The notes below the pieces were generated by a model that was given only the letters and a program-made list of their open reading frames with translations, was not told the DNA's origin and made no database searches. Shown here one piece after another: positions 58,160 to 64,000 of a stretch of DNA of 64,000 bases. Source of the DNA: a virus; IMG/VR virus record IMGVR_UViG_3300006793_000021, positions 1 through 64,000 of that record; one strand, written 5' to 3'. Numbering within the stretch: the stretch's first letter is position 1; each line of letters starts with the position of its first letter. The translations under genes and the position numbers were made by a program.

Positions 58160-58597
58160 TTATTCCTCTAGTAAATCTATAACTTGAAATACTGTTTCTA
58201 ATTTAGAAAGGTTAGTTTTATTTTGCAGTGTATTTCGTAGTCCTTGATGTAATGTCTTTGGCCAACAACCAAAGTCAACCCACGCATATCCGCTGTGTTC
58301 ATCGTTAAGAATAGGAATAAACTCTCCTTTACAGCACACAAGGTATGTATGAAAATTGAACTTTGCATCGTTAGATACAAAAGTTTCTAACGGAATAGTT
58401 TTTACAATAGGAGTTGTTTCAGATACTTCCTCAGCAATTTCTCTCTTTAGAGCTTCAAATGGTGTTTCACCATTTTCGTTACCGCCGCCAACAAGTCCCC
58501 AAGTCCCAGCAGTTTTACCACCAGCTCTATGTAAAAATAAAAAACGTTTAGTGTCAAGAGCATAGAATAGTTCTCCACTACAAATTATCTTGTTCAT
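58160..58597 (-). CDS. NUDIX hydrolase
   Basis: WGLVGGGNENGETPFEALKREIAEEV Nudix box; LNDEHSGYAW. Confidence 0.9.
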   Translation of the reverse strand: MNKIICSGELFYALDTKRFLFLHRAGGKTAGTWGLVGGGNENGETPFEALKREIAEEVSETTPIVKTIPLETFVSNDAKFNFHTYLVCCKGEFIPILNDEHSGYAWVDFGCWPKTLHQGLRNTLQNKTNLSKLETVFQVIDLLEE

Positions 58598-58605
58598 ACT
58601 AGTAA

Positions 58606-60123
58606 TTAGCCGTCTAGGTTAATTGACCAGTCACCTTTGGCATATTCACCGTCTACACTTAGTAGCCATTGATCGCCGTCCCAGTAGTATTGTACACCTG
58701 TATTAAGATTTGTAGTATATAAAGTAGTAATTACTTCATCGTTGTATATAAGTTTATCAGCACTTGCATCAAATACTATTTGCCATGCAGTGCCGTCCCA
58801 TTCAATAATATCATTAGAGTTTGCAACAAAGTCTGTTCCGTTTGCATTTTTCCAAGCATCAGCACCATCTGTATTTGTTGTACTACCAATGCTACCTAAT
58901 AATAACAGTCTTAGTCCTGCTACTTTAGCAGTAGTTGGGTCATAACGTAATGGATCAATAATGTAGTCTATACTTGAATATTGATTTGCATTACGTGCAG
59001 GGCCTTGTACAGTACTATTACTAGGTAATGTATCTCTATCAAAGTCAATTGTAAGTTTAGTTTCGTCTAATGGATTAATAGTAATACGTCCTGCAAGCAT
59101 TCCGTTTATATCAGGCTTTCTAAAATATGCAATACTTAACCCTGCTCTGTAAGATCCTAATAATGCATCAAAATGGTCTCCCCATTTTATATTACTAGGC
59201 AATCCGTTTTTAAGAATTTGTGCTTGACCATTTAAAATTAATACTCTATGTTGTGTGTAATTTTTTACTACTTCTTTAGTATGTCTAGTTTTTTGTTTTC
59301 TAGGATTCATTATGCCGTCACCATCACTAGGTGCCGCACCTGTGTCAACAACATTAGTAGTGTTATCTAATGTATCTTGTACAACAGGTTCAGTCATTCC
59401 GCCCATACTAAACAAATTAGTACCTTGTAACATCTGTTCAAAATCAACATATCCGTCACCGTCAAAGATGCTTGTAACAATATTTGTAACAACGCCTAAA
59501 CGTTTTACTTTTGCTGGAGGACTAATATAAATTGGAGTACTAAATGTCATTGATCCAACATCTATTTCGCTATCAACACCTGTTGGTATTGAACGACTAC
59601 TAAAGTTAACACTATCAAGCATAATAGTTGTTAAACTAGTCCAGTCTAAATAGTTGTCAGTTGTTTGTATATCTAAACTTGGATTAAAGAGCATTAATAT
59701 TTGCTCCATAATTTGTAATTTCATATCTGTGTTTGTTGACCATAGATCAACATTTACAGTTAGCCTGTATGGTGTTGGCATCAAACGTTCTACAGTATAT
59801 TGTTTACCTGCTTCATCATTATAGGCGCCCGCACTATCTTTTCCACGTTCTCTAATATGTCTTTTGTTTACATAACTGGAATCACTAGTACGATCTCTAT
59901 CTAGTTCTAGTCCTGTAATGTAAACAGCCATACGTGGCGCACTAGGTATTTTATTTTCTGAATTATCTCTTAATATTGAGCCTACTTGTCTAGTAAGATC
60001 TCCGTACAATACAGGTACTTGCTTTTCAGTGCCATCACCTGTTTGATAACTGAAGTTACTAAACAGACGCATCATCTGTACAAGATACTTTCTTATTTGT
60101 CCGTCATAAAAATGTTCAGCCAT
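58606..60123 (-). CDS. gp15: Tail completion / sheath stabiliser with C-terminal extension
   Basis: FYDGQIRKY-LFSNF, VPVLYGD, PRMA, PTPY, KLQIMEQILMLFNPSL. Confidence 0.8.
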   Translation of the reverse strand: MAEHFYDGQIRKYLVQMMRLFSNFSYQTGDGTEKQVPVLYGDLTRQVGSILRDNSENKIPSAPRMAVYITGLELDRDRTSDSSYVNKRHIRERGKDSAGAYNDEAGKQYTVERLMPTPYRLTVNVDLWSTNTDMKLQIMEQILMLFNPSLDIQTTDNYLDWTSLTTIMLDSVNFSSRSIPTGVDSEIDVGSMTFSTPIYISPPAKVKRLGVVTNIVTSIFDGDGYVDFEQMLQGTNLFSMGGMTEPVVQDTLDNTTNVVDTGAAPSDGDGIMNPRKQKTRHTKEVVKNYTQHRVLILNGQAQILKNGLPSNIKWGDHFDALLGSYRAGLSIAYFRKPDINGMLAGRITINPLDETKLTIDFDRDTLPSNSTVQGPARNANQYSSIDYIIDPLRYDPTTAKVAGLRLLLLGSIGSTTNTDGADAWKNANGTDFVANSNDIIEWDGTAWQIVFDASADKLIYNDEVITTLYTTNLNTGVQYYWDGDQWLLSVDGEYAKGDWSINLDG

Positions 60124-61523
60124 TAGTTATCTGCCTTAGGTTTTAATACTTGTGAAAGAGCTTGACGTTGTTGCGTTCTTTCATTGTAAAGTGTTATTGT
60201 ATGCAGTCCTGCATTTTTAATAGCAGTAGCACTTGGTAAAGTTAATTTTACAAGTTGTGTACTGCCGTCTTGACTTGTATATGGCTTTAGTATTCCAGGA
60301 TAGTTAGTAGCACTATTCATTGGATAGTCTACAACTGCATAACTAACTACATCGATGCCATCTCTAGTGTCACTAGTGTGTTCTATTCTTATATATTTTG
60401 CTGACATATCAGCAATGTCTGTTAGCAACTCAGTTTGTCCAATAGTTAATTGCATAAAGTCTGTTGCTATAGGAGTATCGTATAGATAAGTGTCTACATC
60501 ATTAATAAACGATCCTCTTAGTGTATCTTTAGTTCCATTATTCATTGGAGCTCTCTTAACATCATGTACTTTTATCCAACGATTTTTTTCGTATCTAAAT
60601 AACCTTTGAGGTAAAAAGTCTGTTCGCATAAAGTAGTCACCGTCTACAGAGTTAACTGGAAAACTTATACCGCTACCAAACTGACTTCCGTTAGGTGCAA
60701 ATTCATCACCTATCAATAGTCCATCATAACCGTGTCCTCTAGGTGTTGCTTTGTCAGTTATTGTACTGCCGTCATCAGCAACTTGTTCTACTGCGGCTCT
60801 ACCTGTATCTTCATCTACTGCAAGTGTATATAATGCTGTATCTGTATCATACCCGCTTTTAGGAGTATTAGTATTTGCTTCTGCAACTACAGCATTGTTA
60901 ACATTCATTTCTGCTTCGAATGTTGATAATACATCACGTAGTGTACCATCTTCTGGATAGTCTTCACTTGCTGGTAAGTCAAGTATATCTTTGTACTCTT
61001 GACTGTCTACTATTTGTTTTAATTTAAGTCTATATAAGTGTGGATACCAAGTTGGTGAAAAGCCTTCTGCGGCTCTATTAATATCTTCAATAACATAAAA
61101 ACGTTTTAGTGCAACACTAAAATCATTCATTGCAAATTCATCTTTTAAATGAGGAAGCTCTATAACATCGCCAGGCATAAGTTTACGCCCAACTGTTTGT
61201 ACTGATGTATTAATATGTACTGTCATAAACAAAGTATCGTTGCTTAAGAACAAACCAAATTGGCTTAGATCAAAGTCAATGTCCTGTACATTGTAAATAC
61301 CTCTGATAGTGTAGATATCTTTATCATACTTTCTATCTCTATTTTCTAAAAACAACATATCTTGGATCTGTGTATGATCCTTTTCTGTTGTTCCGTCATT
61401 CGTACCGATATACTTATGGACAAACAGGTCTGTTCCTCCAATATCGAACATTTCATTTATCTGGCGGTCTAAGAATTGAAAGTCTTTTCCGCGTTCTGGT
61501 TTATATAAACTTAACTTTGGCAT
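60123..61523 (-). CDS. gp14: Neck protein / head closure
   Basis: LFLENRDRKYD, LSQFGLFL, GRKLMPGDVIELPHL. Start reassigned to the ATG at 61523 (MPKLSLY). Confidence 0.75.
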   Translation of the reverse strand: MPKLSLYKPERGKDFQFLDRQINEMFDIGGTDLFVHKYIGTNDGTTEKDHTQIQDMLFLENRDRKYDKDIYTIRGIYNVQDIDFDLSQFGLFLSNDTLFMTVHINTSVQTVGRKLMPGDVIELPHLKDEFAMNDFSVALKRFYVIEDINRAAEGFSPTWYPHLYRLKLKQIVDSQEYKDILDLPASEDYPEDGTLRDVLSTFEAEMNVNNAVVAEANTNTPKSGYDTDTALYTLAVDEDTGRAAVEQVADDGSTITDKATPRGHGYDGLLIGDEFAPNGSQFGSGISFPVNSVDGDYFMRTDFLPQRLFRYEKNRWIKVHDVKRAPMNNGTKDTLRGSFINDVDTYLYDTPIATDFMQLTIGQTELLTDIADMSAKYIRIEHTSDTRDGIDVVSYAVVDYPMNSATNYPGILKPYTSQDGSTQLVKLTLPSATAIKNAGLHTITLYNERTQQRQALSQVLKPKADN

Positions 61524-61528
61524 ATACA

Positions 61529-61561
61529 TATTTATCGTAACGATAGTAACTACGATAAATA
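61529..61561. promoter_or_regulatory. Back-to-back late promoters forming an 11-bp inverted repeat
   Basis: TATTTATCGTA-N11-TACGATAAATA; each arm contains GATAAATA. Confidence 0.75.
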
Positions 61562-61580
61562 CTATGACGGAGAAAACTAA

Positions 61581-62567
61581 ATGGCAGTTAACCAAACACA
61601 AAAACAAGCAATATTTGACTATGTAAACGCCTTCCTGGGCGGTGGTATGGTTGATGTAGAACTGGATCCAATCCACTATGAAACTGCTTTATCTAAAGCA
61701 CTTAGTAAATTTAGACAAAGGTCTGATAATTCAGTTGAAGAATCTTACTTGTTTATGCCTACTGTAGTTGATCAGAACGAATATGTATTACCAAATGAAG
61801 TAGTTGAAGTACGTAAACTGTTTCGCAGAAGCATTGGTTCAAGACCTGCTACATCTGCATCAGGAGGTCCTATATTTACTACGTCACATGTTGCCACAGT
61901 TTCAAAAAATCAAACATTTAGTACAAACTATAATTTAAATTCTATTGCAACTGTTGTTGTAAAAGTAAATGGACAAGCAACTACTGATTATGCAATTGAC
62001 TACACAACTAGAACAATAACTTTTAATTCTGTACAAGCAGTTGGTAATGTTATTGGTATAGAATTATATGAATCAGGAGAAGCAGGTGGCGGATCATTAT
62101 TTGAACCGTTTAACTTAGCATACACAAATGCATACCTATTATCAAGTTCAAACATGGGCGGACTAGCAACATACGATATGTTTAGTCAGTACCAAGAACT
62201 AGTAGGAAGAATGTTTGGATCATTTATTGAATTTAAATGGAATACTACAAGTAAAAAATTAACATTACTACAACGCCCAAGAGCTGAAGAAGAAATATTA
62301 ATTTACGCATATAACCATAGACCAGATAGTGAACTACTTAATGACTATCTTGCCAATCAGTGGATCAAAGATTATACACTAGCAAGTTGCAAATACATGC
62401 TAGGTGAAGCACGTAGTAAGTTTGCTACAATCGCAGGACCACAAGGCGGCTCAGCACTTAACGGTGATGCTCTTAAACAAGAAGCCGCGGCTGAAATGGA
62501 AAAACTTGAAATGGATGTAATTAACCAAGTTGCTGGTGGCGTAGGTTACGGATTCACAATAGGCTAA
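61581..62567 (+). CDS. gp13: Neck protein / head-tail adaptor
   Basis: LGGGMVDVELD, WIKDYTLA-K-LGEARSKF, GPQGG-LNGDALK. Confidence 0.85.
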   Translation: MAVNQTQKQAIFDYVNAFLGGGMVDVELDPIHYETALSKALSKFRQRSDNSVEESYLFMPTVVDQNEYVLPNEVVEVRKLFRRSIGSRPATSASGGPIFTTSHVATVSKNQTFSTNYNLNSIATVVVKVNGQATTDYAIDYTTRTITFNSVQAVGNVIGIELYESGEAGGGSLFEPFNLAYTNAYLLSSSNMGGLATYDMFSQYQELVGRMFGSFIEFKWNTTSKKLTLLQRPRAEEEILIYAYNHRPDSELLNDYLANQWIKDYTLASCKYMLGEARSKFATIAGPQGGSALNGDALKQEAAAEMEKLEMDVINQVAGGVGYGFTIG

Positions 62568-62634
62568 AAACCACCTAAGTTAACGCTAACGATTTTGGTT
62601 CCTTGTAAATACAATATAACAAGGAGGTCCCACA

Positions 62635-62877
62635 ATGTGCTCACCAGAAGTGCGTAAAGAAGCCAACCGTTTAAATTGGATTATCAAAGGTAAACTTATT
62701 GATCTATCCTGGAGCGACATAGAAGTCGAAAAAACTTACCATTCATATTTTAAAAGACTTTGGGGAAATAACGAAAGTTATATCCATGAAGACGGATTTG
62801 AAGAAGCATGGAAAATTCGTCAAGAAGAAATGCTGTCTGAAGAAATGGTAACTGTTGCCAATTTAGGCTACGATTAA
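62635..62877 (+). CDS. Hypothetical protein
   Basis: 80 aa, AGGAGG SD, GTAAATA at ~62605. Confidence 0.65.
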   Translation: MCSPEVRKEANRLNWIIKGKLIDLSWSDIEVEKTYHSYFKRLWGNNESYIHEDGFEEAWKIRQEEMLSEEMVTVANLGYD

Positions 62878-62879
62878 GG

Positions 62880-62908
62880 TTGACATTAACTTTGTAATAG
62901 TATATACT
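62880..62908 (+). promoter_or_regulatory. Sigma70-type early promoter
   Basis: TTGACA, 17-nt spacer, TATACT. Confidence 0.85.
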
Positions 62909-62936
62909 GTAAAGTATATTCAATAAGGAGTTATGT

Positions 62937-63497
62937 GTGTTACCTAAACTATTAGTTGTTGGACACGGCCGACACGGTAAAGATACTGTATGTGAAATGT
63001 TAGAAGCATACGGATATACGTTCCAATCATCAAGCAAATTTTGTTCAGAACTTTTTATCTATAATGATTTGAAAGATCAATACGGATATGCTAATGAAGA
63101 AGAGTGCTATGCAGATAGGCACAATCATCGTACTGAGTGGTATGATATGATACACAACTATTGTAGCGATGACCTAGCACGTTTAGGACGTAACTTATTT
63201 GATCAGCATGATATCTATTGTGGACTACGTAACAAGCGTGAATTCTTTGCAATGCAAAATGAAGTAATATTTGACCATGCTATTTGGGTAGACAGAACAG
63301 ATCATTTGCCCTTAGAAAGTTATAGCTCTATGAGTATTGAACAATGGATGTGCGACTACACTATTGACAATAATGGTACACTAGATAGACTAGAAAAAAA
63401 TGTTAACGTGCTTATTAAAACAATATTTAAAAATCGGGGACTAAGTCTCCCTGCTTCCACACAACTCCCTCTTTTTGCAGAATTCTCTGACAGTTAG
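62937..63497 (+). CDS. Deoxynucleoside monophosphate kinase-like P-loop protein
   Basis: GHGRHGKDT P-loop, GLRNKRE, DYTIDNNGTL. Confidence 0.75.
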   Translation: MLPKLLVVGHGRHGKDTVCEMLEAYGYTFQSSSKFCSELFIYNDLKDQYGYANEEECYADRHNHRTEWYDMIHNYCSDDLARLGRNLFDQHDIYCGLRNKREFFAMQNEVIFDHAIWVDRTDHLPLESYSSMSIEQWMCDYTIDNNGTLDRLEKNVNVLIKTIFKNRGLSLPASTQLPLFAEFSDS

Positions 63498-63762
63498 CAC
63501 ATATTGTTTTTAAGTTTTGTGGACGGCAGTTTTCTAAATTTCCGTCTATATGAAACACATTAAACTGTTCTGAGTGTTTAGATTTATAATTACACTTCTC
63601 GCAACTGCTCTTTTTCTCATAGCCTCTTTGCTTCCATTTAGGTATTCCATGACCTGCTCCATTACGTAAGCAACGCTCACACAATGACCTATAGTAAGTT
63701 CTACCATCTTTTTTATAGTTTATAGCCGCAGGACGTTGTCCGCATTTGCATAAAGGTCTCAT
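63427..63762 (-). CDS. Zn-finger HNH endonuclease-like protein
   Basis: CKC...CERC, CEKC, HIDGNLEN...NLKTICANC. Confidence 0.75.
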   Translation of the reverse strand: MRPLCKCGQRPAAINYKKDGRTYYRSLCERCLRNGAGHGIPKWKQRGYEKKSSCEKCNYKSKHSEQFNVFHIDGNLENCRPQNLKTICANCQRILQKEGVVWKQGDLVPDF

Positions 63763-63878
63763 ACTGTATTTACCTCACCTTTTCGGTACCTTTTTTTATG
63801 GTATATTACAGGTGAATTATTCTTAAACTGCTAAATAACTATAACAAAGACTCATTCATTATTAATAGGAGAAATATA

Positions 63879-64000
63879 ATGGCACTAACATCACCAGGAG
63901 TACAGGTTAGCGTAGTAGACGAAAGTTTTTACACACCCGCTGAACCAGGTACAGTACCAATGATATTCGTTGCCACCGCCGCAAATAAAACAAATGGCGC
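63879..64000 (+). CDS. gp18: Tail sheath protein, 3'-truncated
   Basis: MALTSPGVQVSVVDESFY; AGGAG SD; CTAAATA at 63831. Not in the ORF track. Confidence 0.85.
   Translation, partial: MALTSPGVQVSVVDESFYTPAEPGTVPMIFVATAANKTNG

Noticed and set aside
241-61000. Many 60-190 aa ORFs antisense to or nested in the long genes
   Set aside because: Shadow frames produced by the biased codon usage of the real genes; no SD or recognisable motifs.
61524-61676. N-terminal extensions in the ORF track (gp14 from 61676; also gp26 from 3840 and propellers from 47209 and 48363)
   Set aside because: They overlap neighbouring genes or promoters; downstream ATGs fit SD, promoter or paralog evidence better.
62568-62602. 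Terminator after gp13
   Set aside because: Only a weak AACCA/TGGTT stem and no proper U-tract.
1-64000. Alternative genetic code (stop-codon reassignment)
   Set aside because: The standard code gives full-length genes at high density, and TAG ends genes cleanly at 9874 and 16444.

Overview
AT-rich, densely coding segment of a large T4-like (gp23-type capsid) myophage, probably a jumbo phage of a Gram-negative aquatic host (host and lineage are inferred). It holds most of the virion module in a non-T4 order. First come putative internal head proteins, a gp26-like tail chaperone divergent from a tape-measure gene, and the portal (gp20), protease (gp21), scaffold (gp22) and major capsid (gp23) genes. 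Next are a porin and an RNA-rich island, about 40 kb of giant paralogous fibre/baseplate proteins with a propeller/U32/methyltransferase/subtilase cassette, then gp15, gp14, gp13, a dNMP kinase, an HNH protein and the start of the tail sheath (gp18). T4-type late promoters (TATAAATA and variants) punctuate the region. Signals the ORF track does not show: (1) a complete -1 frameshift signal that would extend the gp26-like gene; (2) a glnA-type glutamine riboswitch ahead of a 32-aa basic peptide; (3) an independently transcribed ~240-nt structured ncRNA; (4) two structured 5' leaders on structural genes; (5) leaderless late genes. All calls come from reading motifs by eye; no searches or folding programs were run.
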